A stretch of 64,000 bases of DNA, taken from positions 2,616 to 66,615 of the forward strand of contig CAMYCX010000001.1 of NCBI GenBank assembly GCA_947254705.1. Direction: 5' to 3'. The position numbers and the translations under genes were made by a program. The notes beneath the pieces were generated by a model. It was not told the origin of the DNA. It searched no databases and saw only the letters and a list, made by a program, of their open reading frames with translations. Shown here in pieces: positions 1-9,078 of the stretch. This stretch comes from an uncultured Veillonellaceae bacterium (GTDB taxonomy: Bacteria; Bacillota; Negativicutes; Veillonellales; Negativicoccaceae). The number at the start of each line of letters is the position of its first letter. Positions within the stretch are counted from its first letter, which is position 1.

Positions 1-875
1 TCGTCCGGCATCTCGATGCCGTATTCCTGCAAGACCGCCAAGGTCTGCGGGTACATCGTCAAAAGGTCTTGCAGTTTGGTGCTGCCGCCGATGAGTTCTT
101 TCCCTAGTTTATCCGCAAGGTACTCGTTCATCTCGCCGAGCAGTTCAAAGACATCCATGCCGTGTACCTGTGTCGCTTCCCACAACGTTTCGTCATAGGA
201 GACGAAACAGCCGACGCAATGCATGCCGTATTCCATCAGAAGCGGGCCCATCTCCGGATAGACGGTAATAATCTCCATGATATTGTCTTCCGGGCGCACA
301 AAATCACCGTAGTGCAATACGGGCGCTTGCGGCCGCGGCGGTCGTGTATCCGTCGCCATCATCCAATCGATAAATTCATCTGCCGGTGCCGGCGCTACGT
401 TCACCGGAGCCGCCTGTTCCACGCCGAGTACTTCTCTGCGGAAGTTGTCGAGACCGATCCGTTCCACAAATGTCGGTAAGGTTTCAAATTTTTCCTGCCG
501 TGTATAGTAGCTACCCGCCCGTTCAAGAATTTGAACGGCGTCGTCAGCCAGCGTAACGAAGCCGATGAAGACGTGTTCACCGACAAAGATTTCCCATCCG
601 TCTTCCATGCCGACCGCCCGCAACGGCAGCGGCGTTTGGATATCGCAAGTGACGATATCGCGCGGCCACTCCATGTACGGCGATAAGCCGGTCGCGACCA
701 GCATCGGCGCCACTTCGTCAGCGACCGCCCCCGCCAACGTAATATCCCCGTTCGGTTCGCGAATCAATGTCGCACTGTACATCTTCGCCACATCGCCGGC
801 GGTTTTGAGAAATGCCGGTCGTTCTTCCGAGTTGGGTACAAAATGATATACCAATGAATACGTCATGTTGCTCAT
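1..875 (-). CDS. DUF1858-type redox domain protein (two DUF1858-like modules), 3' end beyond window
   Basis: Hand translation of minus strand from ATG at 875-873 (MSNMTYSLVYHF...) is open to position 1. Contains 'MEIITVYPEMGPLLMEYGMHCVGCFVSYDETLWEATQ' and a second 'LLTMYPQTLAVLQEYGI', as in hybrid-cluster-associated DUF1858 domains. Not in ORF track because no stop in window. Confidence 0.5.
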   Translation of the reverse strand, partial: MSNMTYSLVYHFVPNSEERPAFLKTAGDVAKMYSATLIREPNGDITLAGAVADEVAPMLVATGLSPYMEWPRDIVTCDIQTPLPLRAVGMEDGWEIFVGEHVFIGFVTLADDAVQILERAGSYYTRQEKFETLPTFVERIGLDNFRREVLGVEQAAPVNVAPAPADEFIDWMMATDTRPPRPQAPVLHYGDFVRPEDNIMEIITVYPEMGPLLMEYGMHCVGCFVSYDETLWEATQVHGMDVFELLGEMNEYLADKLGKELIGGSTKLQDLLTMYPQTLAVLQEYGIEMPD

Positions 876-906
876 GACACTTTCTACACCCCTTTTATCC
901 TGCGTT

Positions 907-1476
907 TCAGCGGATAATCCCCTCCCGCTGCAATGCCGCTAAATCCAAATGGCAGTAACCGTCGGGATTTTTTTGCAAGTACCGTTGGTGCGATTCTTCC
1001 GCCGGGAAGAAGTTTTGCAACGGTCCCATTTCCGTCCGGATCTGCTTTTCCATGCCCGGTTCGGGCACTTCATTCAAAATCAATGCCGCCTGCGTATCGA
1101 CCGCCGGTCCGCGGCCGCGTTGGCGCATAAAGTTCATATAATGCGTAAGGAACGGTTCGTCTTCTGCATGCGTGTAGTAGATCCCCGTACGGTATTGCGA
1201 GCCGACGTCACTGCCCTGTCGGTTCAGCGTGTACGGATTGATGATGGCGAAAAACACGCCCAACAGTTCCGTCAAGTCGGTCTTTTTCGGATTGTACGTT
1301 ACTTTCACCGCTTCCGCCGCGCCCGTTTCTCCGCTGCATACTTCTTCGTATGTCGGTGCTTCTTTGTCACTGTTGGCATAGCCGACTTGCGTCGCCACTA
1401 CGCCGGGCAACCGTGAGAATACTTCTTCCACGCCCCAAAAGCAACCGCCCGCCAAGTAAATATCTTTCATTGTCAT
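907..1476 (-). CDS. msrA: peptide methionine sulfoxide reductase MsrA
   Basis: 189 aa; N-terminal 'YLAGGCFWGVEEVF' active-site motif typical of MsrA. Confidence 0.9.
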   Translation of the reverse strand: MTMKDIYLAGGCFWGVEEVFSRLPGVVATQVGYANSDKEAPTYEEVCSGETGAAEAVKVTYNPKKTDLTELLGVFFAIINPYTLNRQGSDVGSQYRTGIYYTHAEDEPFLTHYMNFMRQRGRGPAVDTQAALILNEVPEPGMEKQIRTEMGPLQNFFPAEESHQRYLQKNPDGYCHLDLAALQREGIIR

Positions 1477-1542
1477 TCCCTCCCTGCGATTCCTCTATTG
1501 ACTCCTCTGTTAAATATTATACCAGTTTCCGTTCCGTATCGC

Positions 1543-2715
1543 TCAATACCATTCCATATTGTATACCGAGCAGGCCGGATACATCCGCCGCAAGCGTTCC
1601 ACCGCCGCCGGATTGCCGGTGAGCATGCCTGCGCGGGCCAACCCCGCCGCATCCAGTCCGCCCATCAGCAGCGTTCCCAAGGCACCGATACCGACATGAA
1701 TGTCCGCCGCTCGTGTCGTCGCCTCTACATGCGGTCGTTCTCCCGCCGCCGCACGCACCGCCCAATGTGTCGTCTCCCGTTGCCACGGATCGGCCACTGC
1801 GACGACAAGCGTACCGTCCGCCGCCGCGGGCAATTGCTCCCACCAGCGGGCGACATCGGCAATCCGGATCGCCATCCACGGCAAAGTCCGATTGGTAATA
1901 TACGTCCGTTCCGCGCCGTCAGCCCAACCGAAATAGGCGGCATCATCCATGGGCGCATACCAGACGGCCCGTTCCGCTTCCGCGGTATGCCGCGCCAACC
2001 AATGCATCATTGCCGCCTGTCCGCGCGGATCGATGCTCGCCTGTTCGCCGACGGTAAGCGTACGGTCCGTCAGTGTATAGGCCCAGTAGCCGATCGGTAC
2101 GCGTCCGTCAGTCGCCAGAATGACATGTCCTTCCGCCAGTTGCCCGCGCAACCACCGCTGCCAATCGGAGGGCGTGCGCCGCGCATACCCCGATCGTGCG
2201 GCGGTATACGCCGCATACACCGCCGCGAGCGCGTCCATATCCGCCGATTCGTCCAGCCACACCAGGCGAATCCCGTCCGGCGCGGGTGCCGATATGTCGC
2301 TCAGTTGCGCCTCGCGCCGCCACAGATGACACCACAACGCCCAACCGTACGGCCGATACAATGCCATCGATGACGGCATGAGAATATTCGCATACCGTCC
2401 TTGGCGACATCCTTCCGTCAGCGCCGCCGCCAGCAGTGCCTTGGCATGCCCGCGTCCCCGTGCCGCCGGATGCGAAGTCAGCCCGACAATGTAGGTCACA
2501 TCGACCTGCGCTCCGCGTACCGTGAGTGTGTACGGGCGCAAATGCAGTGCCGCCGCCACCCCCGCTTCCGTTTCCGCGACCAGTGTCTCCTCCGCGCGGT
2601 AACAAGTATCGAAATAGAATCGGAAAAACGGCGTCGTCCGTGCTTCAAACGAATAGTCCCACAGTGCTTCCAACGCCGCGCGATCCGTGCTGTTCCCTTG
2701 CCGTACTTGGCGCAT
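1543..2715 (-). CDS. GNAT family N-acetyltransferase, Eis-like
   Basis: About 390 aa with GNAT-like segments. Start ATG at 2715-2713 overlaps the upstream gene's stop as TAATG. Confidence 0.7.
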   Translation of the reverse strand: MRQVRQGNSTDRAALEALWDYSFEARTTPFFRFYFDTCYRAEETLVAETEAGVAAALHLRPYTLTVRGAQVDVTYIVGLTSHPAARGRGHAKALLAAALTEGCRQGRYANILMPSSMALYRPYGWALWCHLWRREAQLSDISAPAPDGIRLVWLDESADMDALAAVYAAYTAARSGYARRTPSDWQRWLRGQLAEGHVILATDGRVPIGYWAYTLTDRTLTVGEQASIDPRGQAAMMHWLARHTAEAERAVWYAPMDDAAYFGWADGAERTYITNRTLPWMAIRIADVARWWEQLPAAADGTLVVAVADPWQRETTHWAVRAAAGERPHVEATTRAADIHVGIGALGTLLMGGLDAAGLARAGMLTGNPAAVERLRRMYPACSVYNMEWY

Positions 2716-3599
2716 TATGCCTCCGTCTCTTCGCAGCCGCAATCGTCTTCCTCGGCCAAACGAATGTCATATTTTTCCGCAAAATGATCCGGATGATAGC
2801 TCATTTTAGCCTGTCGCAGTCCTTCGATTCCCATATCTTCTTCCCGATTGATATAGGTCGTATCCGCCCACGCATGCCGGACAAATTCGTGATTGATCGC
2901 CTGATAGCTGCCCCGCATCGTCGGGTCGGCTTTTTCGATATGAATGACGGCCATCTCGGGATGAATATACTCGCCGACGGAAAACGCGACAATCTTGCCT
3001 TGCCAGCGAATGGCACCGCCTTTCACTCCCAGCGGTTCCCAATAATCAAACAGCAGGCCGATTCCTTCTTGCTCGGCTTCCATGTCCGCCGTCGTCTGAT
3101 GCTCTTCGAGCCACTTCGCCGCCACCTGCAGACATTCTTCTTTGTCCTGCGGCCCGAGCGGTACGTACTCATAACCGATGTAATTACGACGGAACGCGTT
3201 CAAATGATTTTTCTTTTGTCGAAAGGCCTTGCCCGGCAGATTGATCAAATCACTCGTCAAGTAAATGTACTCGAAGTTGTCGCGATCTTTCGTATAGGTA
3301 TAGCACTCGGGGCAGAGTTCATGCATGCGCTCCACCACCCAGGGCGACGCCCCTTTCAGCAAAAAGGGCAATCCCTGCTCGCGAAACCACGCCTCCGCCC
3401 GGCGCAACCCGCCGACAAACGAGTTGTTTTCCCCGGAAAACGGCGGCAATAAAAACTCATGCCCGTATCGGCCGGCGCGGATAAACAGTACGTCATCCTC
3501 GACCGCCCACGCCAGATGAAAGGCATGTTGCCAAATGAACAATGTCCCGAACGCACATTCCGACTGCTCGTAATGATGTTCGCGAAAATACCGATCCAA
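2715..3599 (-). CDS. DUF2156 (MprF C-terminal-like aminoacyl transferase) domain protein
   Basis: 294 aa; 'GTLFIWQHAF' and overall DUF2156-like profile. TTG start with weak RBS, so start is uncertain. Confidence 0.65.
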   Translation of the reverse strand: MDRYFREHHYEQSECAFGTLFIWQHAFHLAWAVEDDVLFIRAGRYGHEFLLPPFSGENNSFVGGLRRAEAWFREQGLPFLLKGASPWVVERMHELCPECYTYTKDRDNFEYIYLTSDLINLPGKAFRQKKNHLNAFRRNYIGYEYVPLGPQDKEECLQVAAKWLEEHQTTADMEAEQEGIGLLFDYWEPLGVKGGAIRWQGKIVAFSVGEYIHPEMAVIHIEKADPTMRGSYQAINHEFVRHAWADTTYINREEDMGIEGLRQAKMSYHPDHFAEKYDIRLAEEDDCGCEETEA

Positions 3600-3801
3600 A
3601 ATCGGTTTGTCTTCAATACGAAACGATGTAAACTGAATCGTTCTCCACTCCTCCGTGATAAATTGAATCTTTTCTATGTATATTGTACCACAGACTGCGC
3701 CGTCATACCTATCCGATTTGCCGACAGATTATCATTTCGACGATCCGCAACCCATGATATAATACCATCAAGCCCCGCATCGCGGGAGAAAAGAGGACAT
3801 C

Positions 3802-4389
3802 ATGGAGTTTATTGCATTTGATTTTGAAACGGCGACCAAAGATCCGTCAAGCGCCTGTTCGCTGGCTGTCGTTCGCTTCGTTGACGGCACGCCCGTCGAT
3901 ACCTGTTACCGATTGTTCCAACCGCCGGCCATGCGGTTTGACGATGACAACATCCGGATTCATCAGATCCGACCGGCCGATGTGGCGCACGAGCCGGACT
4001 TCAGCGGCGTATGGGCGGAGTTTCTTCCCTACTTTACCGATACGCTGGCCGTCGCTCACAACGCGGAGTTCGATTTGGGCGTACTGCGGGCGACACTTGC
4101 GTATTACGATTTGTCGTTACCGCATTTTCACAGCGGCTGTACGCTCCGACTGGCACGACAGGTATGGCCGGATCAGGCCTCTTACGCACTGAATGCGTTA
4201 GGCACTTTTCTCGGCTACCGTTTTCAGCATCATCAGGCGGATGAAGACGCACTGATCTGCGGACGTATTTTACTGGCCGCCCAAAAAGTCGCCCAAGAGC
4301 CGGATCCGCAAGCCCTGTTTGCCCGATATGATCTCGGCCCGCAGGAGTTTCTCGCGGAAGACGGTTGGCAACAGGACGGACTGTTTTGA
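3802..4389 (+). CDS. DnaQ-like 3'-5' exonuclease (DEDDh family)
   Basis: 'IAFDFETAT' Exo I motif and later 'HNAEFD' and 'HQADEDAL' Exo II/III-like motifs. Confidence 0.8.
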   Translation: MEFIAFDFETATKDPSSACSLAVVRFVDGTPVDTCYRLFQPPAMRFDDDNIRIHQIRPADVAHEPDFSGVWAEFLPYFTDTLAVAHNAEFDLGVLRATLAYYDLSLPHFHSGCTLRLARQVWPDQASYALNALGTFLGYRFQHHQADEDALICGRILLAAQKVAQEPDPQALFARYDLGPQEFLAEDGWQQDGLF

Positions 4390-4862
4390 CGCCGGCCCGG
4401 CTCATCGTCGGGCCCGACGGACTGCAGCGACTGATCCTCGATCCCGCGCAACCGGACCGTATACCGACAGTCACCGTCGTCGGTACAACGGCGGCGGAAC
4501 GGGAGCGGGCCGCCGCCATCGGGGCGATCGCCCGGCAAGAGTTCGCCGCCTACTGGCGCGGCGAATGTCGGCAGTGGAGCGTCCCCGCCGCACCGCAAGG
4601 TACCGCCTTTCAACAGGCGGTATGGGCCGCTATCGCCCGTGTGCCTTACGGTACAACCGTCACCTACGGTACGCTCGCCGCCATGATCGGACGTCCGACG
4701 GCGATTCGTGCCGTGGCCAATGCGTGCGGAAAAAATCCGCTCCCGATTCGGATTCCCTGTCATCGTATTGTCGCCCGCCACGGTAGCGGCGGCTATACGG
4801 GCGGGCTGCCGCTCAAATTGCGTCTGTGGGCGCTGGAACGCATCACATGGCCGAACGCATGA
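4365..4862 (+). CDS. ogt: methylated-DNA-protein-cysteine methyltransferase (Ogt/MGMT)
   Basis: 'VPYGTTVTYGTLAAMIGRP.AIRAVANACGKNPLPIRIPCHRIV' contains the PCHR active-site motif. TTG start overlaps the exonuclease 3' end; exact start uncertain. Confidence 0.8.
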   Translation: MATGRTVLTPARLIVGPDGLQRLILDPAQPDRIPTVTVVGTTAAERERAAAIGAIARQEFAAYWRGECRQWSVPAAPQGTAFQQAVWAAIARVPYGTTVTYGTLAAMIGRPTAIRAVANACGKNPLPIRIPCHRIVARHGSGGYTGGLPLKLRLWALERITWPNA

Positions 4863-5035
4863 CGCAGCAATCCGATTATTTCGGATTACCGCTTGCATCT
4901 CGGCGTAAAAGTAGTATGATAGTACGTGCTTGCCGTAACGGATGCGCGTACTTTCAGTGGACCGCACCAATTATAAAATATATCGCGGACACTGCATGAT
5001 ATTCCCGGATTGATTTTCATTTGAAGGAGTGAACT

Positions 5036-5413
5036 ATGCTGTTTTGGTTTCGTGTGGCCGGCCAAATCGTGTTACTGAGTGTGATTGCGCTCATCGGTGA
5101 TGCGATTGCCACACTGACACAACTGCCGATTCCCGGCGCGCTGATCGGGATGGCATTGTTGTACGTGGCGCTTTGGCGTCAATGGGTCCGGCTGGAATGG
5201 TTTTCCGCCGGCGCCGACATCTTAATTCGTGATTTACTGTTATTTTTCATCCCCGCCGCCGTCGGTATCATGCAATATACCGATCTGTTCGGCTCACTGG
5301 GCGCGTTTTTGGTCGCCTCCGTCGTCCTGAGCATTCTCGTCGTACTGTGGGTCATTTCCGCCGCCACCGTACTGATGATGCATCTGCGGCGCAGAAAGTG
5401 GCACCGCCTATGA
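5036..5413 (+). CDS. lrgA: CidA/LrgA family holin-like membrane protein
   Basis: 125-aa four-helix hydrophobic protein. ATGA overlap with following LrgB-like gene. Promoter-like TTGCAT-16-TATGAT upstream. Confidence 0.75.
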   Translation: MLFWFRVAGQIVLLSVIALIGDAIATLTQLPIPGALIGMALLYVALWRQWVRLEWFSAGADILIRDLLLFFIPAAVGIMQYTDLFGSLGAFLVASVVLSILVVLWVISAATVLMMHLRRRKWHRL

Positions 5414-6102
5414 TCATCGCGATCTTATCCGTACTCGGTACATTGGCGGTGTACTACGGCATGAAAGAGATCTATCGCCGGAGCGGATCGCTCTGGTTGA
5501 TGCCGTTAATGATCTGTCCGATTCTCATCGTCGGGTTTCTGATGACGATGCATATCCCCTATGACGAATACCGTTCGGGCGGGCAGTGGCTGCAATGGCT
5601 GCTCTCGCCCGTCACGGTCGCCTTTGCCGTTCCGCTGTATCGTCAGCGTATCCTCGTGCGCAAGTATCTCCCCGAACTCATCACCGTCGGCATGATTGCG
5701 GCCGTCACCGCCATGACGACGACGATGCTGCTCTCCGACTGGTTCGGTGTCGATCACGAGTACGTACTCAGTCTGGCGCCGCGCTCGATCACCACGCCGA
5801 TTGCGATGAATGTGTCGTCCATGCTCGGCGGCAATGCGACCATCACCGCCGTCTTCGTCATTTTGACCGGGATCATCGGCATGCTTCTCACCGTTGCCAC
5901 CGTTCGTATTCTCAATGTCCACAACCCGCTGCTGCGCGGTCTGTTTTACGGCCTCACCGCCCACGGTACGGGAGCGGCGCGGGCGTACGAAGAAAATGAG
6001 CGGACCGGCGTCATTGCCAGTGTCGCGATGATTTTCATGGGCGTACTGACCGCCCTTCTCGCGCCCTTTGTCATTCCCATGCTGATGTGGGTGTTGTTTT
6101 AA
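5410..6102 (+). CDS. lrgB: LrgB/CidB family murein hydrolase modulator membrane protein
   Basis: About 230-aa polytopic membrane protein immediately after lrgA. Start MIIAILSVLG overlaps lrgA stop. Confidence 0.8.
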   Translation: MIIAILSVLGTLAVYYGMKEIYRRSGSLWLMPLMICPILIVGFLMTMHIPYDEYRSGGQWLQWLLSPVTVAFAVPLYRQRILVRKYLPELITVGMIAAVTAMTTTMLLSDWFGVDHEYVLSLAPRSITTPIAMNVSSMLGGNATITAVFVILTGIIGMLLTVATVRILNVHNPLLRGLFYGLTAHGTGAARAYEENERTGVIASVAMIFMGVLTALLAPFVIPMLMWVLF

Positions 6103-6121
6103 TCTGTCCGCCCCCGTTTGA

Positions 6122-6151
6122 TTGACAAAAAAGGACCGATATTGATATGAT
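6122..6151 (+). promoter_or_regulatory. sigma70-like promoter (TTGACA-18-TATGAT) upstream of purB
   Basis: TTGACA at 6122-6127 and TATGAT at 6146-6151. Confidence 0.5.
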
Positions 6152-6172
6152 AGATTAAGGGAAGCAGTTCAT

Positions 6173-6212
6173 GCTCAAAAAAGTTCCCCATGCTTTTTTG
6201 AGCTGTTTTTAT
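6173..6212 (+). promoter_or_regulatory. terminator-like hairpin in purB leader (possible attenuator or lrgB terminator)
   Basis: Perfect 11-bp stem GCTCAAAAAAG / CTTTTTTGAGC, 9-nt loop, followed by TGTTTTTAT. Confidence 0.5.
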
Positions 6213-6277
6213 GAGCAAATTCCGTCGCATGCCGCGACGATCTGCCAGTTGGTCATGGACGCAAAGGAGTGACTCGT

Positions 6278-7588
6278 ATGATTACACGCTATACCAAAGA
6301 AGAAATGGGTCGCATCTGGACGGAAGAAAATGAGTTTCGCCGGATGCTCGATGTCGAAATTTATGCCTGCGAAGCACAGGCAGAGCTCGGCAATATCCCA
6401 AAAGACGCCGTCAAGGTCATTCGTGAAAAAGCCGACTTCGATGTCGACCGGATTCATGAAATCGAAAAGGAAACCAACCACGATATTATTTCCTTCGTCA
6501 CCTCGATTGCCGAATTTGTCGGTGAAGAAGGCAAGTACGTCCACTTGGGGTTGACTTCGACCGACGTCAAAGACACCGCCTTATGTGCCATGCTGGTCGA
6601 AGCCACGGATATTCTGCTGCGCGATTTGGAAGCGTTCGCAGACGTTCTGCGGCGACGGGCGATTGAATTCAAACATACACCGATGATCGGTCGGACCCAC
6701 GGTATTCATGCCGAACCGACGACATTCGGTCTGAAATTGCTGCTGTGGTATGACGAAACGCAGCGCAACCTGCGTCGTTTGCGGGCGGCACGGGAAGATA
6801 TCCGTGTCGGCAAGATTTCCGGCGCGGTCGGTACGTATGCCAACGTCGATCCCTTCGTGGAACAGTACGTCTGCGAGAAGATGGGACTGGTTCCGGCCAA
6901 GATTTCCACGCAGGTACTGCAACGCGACCGCCATGCGGCGTATATCACCACATTGGCCGTCATCGGCAGCTCGATCGACAAGTTCGCCACGGAAATCCGC
7001 AACTTGCAACGCACGGATATCCGTGAAGCGGAAGAATATTTCTCACCGAAACAAAAAGGATCCTCGGCCATGCCGCACAAACGCAATCCGATCACGTGCG
7101 AACGCATGAGCGGAATGGCACGTTTGCTCCGCGGCTATACGATTCCGGCGTTGGAAGACGTGGCACTCTGGCACGAACGGGATATTTCCCACTCCTCCGT
7201 GGAACGTGTCATTTTGGGCGATGCCACGATTGCACTCGATTATATGTTACAGACCTTTACCCGCGTGATGGATCGCTTGCTGGTCTATCCCGATACGATG
7301 CTCGCCAACATGAATAAAACCGGCGGTCTGATTTACAGTCAGCGGATCCTGTTGGCACTTGTCGATCGGGGCGTGATGCGCGACACGGCGTACCGTTGGG
7401 TACAGCGTAATGCGATGAAACGCTGGCTGGAAGGGGAAGACTTCCTGGAAAACCTGCTCCGTGACGAAGATATCCGCACCCATTTGAGTGAAGACGATAT
7501 CCGGGGCTGCTTTGATCCGCATGCCATGCTCAAGCATGTCGATACGATTTTTGCGCGGTTCGATCTCCGCGACGACAAAGGAGAATAA
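6278..7588 (+). CDS. purB: adenylosuccinate lyase
   Basis: Starts MITRYTKEEM, as in Bacillus PurB (MIERYSREEM). Fumarate-lyase signature 'SSAMPHKRNP'. RBS AAAGGAG 8 nt upstream. Confidence 0.95.
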   Translation: MITRYTKEEMGRIWTEENEFRRMLDVEIYACEAQAELGNIPKDAVKVIREKADFDVDRIHEIEKETNHDIISFVTSIAEFVGEEGKYVHLGLTSTDVKDTALCAMLVEATDILLRDLEAFADVLRRRAIEFKHTPMIGRTHGIHAEPTTFGLKLLLWYDETQRNLRRLRAAREDIRVGKISGAVGTYANVDPFVEQYVCEKMGLVPAKISTQVLQRDRHAAYITTLAVIGSSIDKFATEIRNLQRTDIREAEEYFSPKQKGSSAMPHKRNPITCERMSGMARLLRGYTIPALEDVALWHERDISHSSVERVILGDATIALDYMLQTFTRVMDRLLVYPDTMLANMNKTGGLIYSQRILLALVDRGVMRDTAYRWVQRNAMKRWLEGEDFLENLLRDEDIRTHLSEDDIRGCFDPHAMLKHVDTIFARFDLRDDKGE

Positions 7589-7589
7589 T

Positions 7590-8873
7590 ATGACTACAGC
7601 AATGGTAATCGGCACCCAGTGGGGTGACGAAGGCAAAGGAAAAATCGTCGACTATCTCGCCGCCAAGGCGGATGTCGTCGTTCGTTCGCAAGGCGGCAAC
7701 AATGCCGGCCACACGGTGGTCGTCGAGGGCGAAGCGTTTGCCCTGCGGTTGCTCCCCAGCGGCATCATGTACCCGGGCAAAGCCTGTGTCATCGGCACGG
7801 GTGTCGTCATCGACCCCAAGGGACTGATCGCGGAACTTGACAGTTTTATTGCCAAAGGACGCGACGTGTCGGCGCTGGAAATTTCCGATCGCGCGCATGT
7901 CGTCTTCCCGTACCATGTCCGCATCGACGAAGCGGAAGAGCAGTTGAAAGGGGCCAAAAAAATCGGTACCACCAAGAACGGTATCGGGCCTTGCTACGCC
8001 GACAAGATCAATCGTGTCGGTATCCGTATGATCGACCTGATGAATCCGGACGTATTGGCGGAAAAATTGCGTTGGAACGTGGAACGTAAAAACTTACTGC
8101 TGGAAAAGCTCTACAATGTCGAAGGATTTGACTTCGACCAAATGTATCGGGAATACTCCGCCTATGCGGACCGGTTACGTCCGTATGTCACGGATACGAA
8201 CTATTCCGTTCATCGGTACATGGCGGAAGGCAAGAGCGTTCTGTTCGAAGGGGCGCAGGCGACCATGCTCGACCTCGATCACGGGACCTATCCGTTCGTT
8301 ACCAGCTCGCATCCGATTGCGGGCGGGGCATGCATCGGTGCCGGCATCGGTCCGCACAAGATGGAAAATATTTTCGGCGTGGTCAAAGCCTACAGCACCC
8401 GCGTCGGTGCGGGCCCGTTCCCCACGGAATTGCTCGATGAAACGGGCGACCTGCTGCGCAACCGTGCGCATGAATTCGGCACCGTGACAGGACGGCCGCG
8501 TCGTACCGGCTGGTTGGATGCGGTCGGCGTCAAGTATGCCGCCATGCTGAACAGTCTCGACTATTTGGCGATTACCCGTTTGGATATTCTTGACACGTTG
8601 CCGATGATTCGCATCTGCAAGGGGTATCGCTACCAAGGCGAGGAAATCTCGCAATATACGGCCGATTTGCAAGTTCTCGAGCATGTCGAACCGATTTACG
8701 AAGACCTCCCCGGTTGGCAGGAAGATATCAGCGGCATCCGTCAGTATGACGACTTGCCGGAAAATTGCCGCCGCTATCTCGAAACGATTTCCGATCTCGT
8801 CGGTGTACCGCTCGGTATTATTTCCGTCGGCCCGGATCGGGAACAGACCATCGTACTCAAGGAAGTGCTCTGA
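7590..8873 (+). CDS. purA: adenylosuccinate synthetase
   Basis: 'VIGTQWGDEGKGKIVD' P-loop and 'GGNNAGHTV' motifs; 427 aa; RBS overlaps purB stop. Confidence 0.95.
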   Translation: MTTAMVIGTQWGDEGKGKIVDYLAAKADVVVRSQGGNNAGHTVVVEGEAFALRLLPSGIMYPGKACVIGTGVVIDPKGLIAELDSFIAKGRDVSALEISDRAHVVFPYHVRIDEAEEQLKGAKKIGTTKNGIGPCYADKINRVGIRMIDLMNPDVLAEKLRWNVERKNLLLEKLYNVEGFDFDQMYREYSAYADRLRPYVTDTNYSVHRYMAEGKSVLFEGAQATMLDLDHGTYPFVTSSHPIAGGACIGAGIGPHKMENIFGVVKAYSTRVGAGPFPTELLDETGDLLRNRAHEFGTVTGRPRRTGWLDAVGVKYAAMLNSLDYLAITRLDILDTLPMIRICKGYRYQGEEISQYTADLQVLEHVEPIYEDLPGWQEDISGIRQYDDLPENCRRYLETISDLVGVPLGIISVGPDREQTIVLKEVL

Positions 8874-8904
8874 GTCCGTCGCCAATCACGATATGACATC
8901 ACGA

Positions 8905-8938
8905 ACGAGTCGCCTGATAACGGGCGGCTCGTTTTTTG
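8905..8938 (+). terminator. rho-independent terminator after purA
   Basis: ACGAGTCGCC-loop-GGCGGCTCGT stem followed by TTTTTT. Confidence 0.7.
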
Positions 8939-9078
8939 CATACCGAACAATTCGCCGCCAAATTGTATACAACATTCCTATCGTGTATACAGTATTATTC
9001 AGCATATACTATTGTTCCGTTTTCATTCTGCTCGTATAATGTAACTACATGAATGCCACTGCAAAGGAGAGAAAGAAA

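Noticed and set aside
1498-2605. Several 165-291-aa ORFs on both strands inside the Eis-like gene
   Set aside because: High-GC antisense/alternate-frame artefacts (R/P/G-rich, no motifs). Common in about 65% GC DNA.
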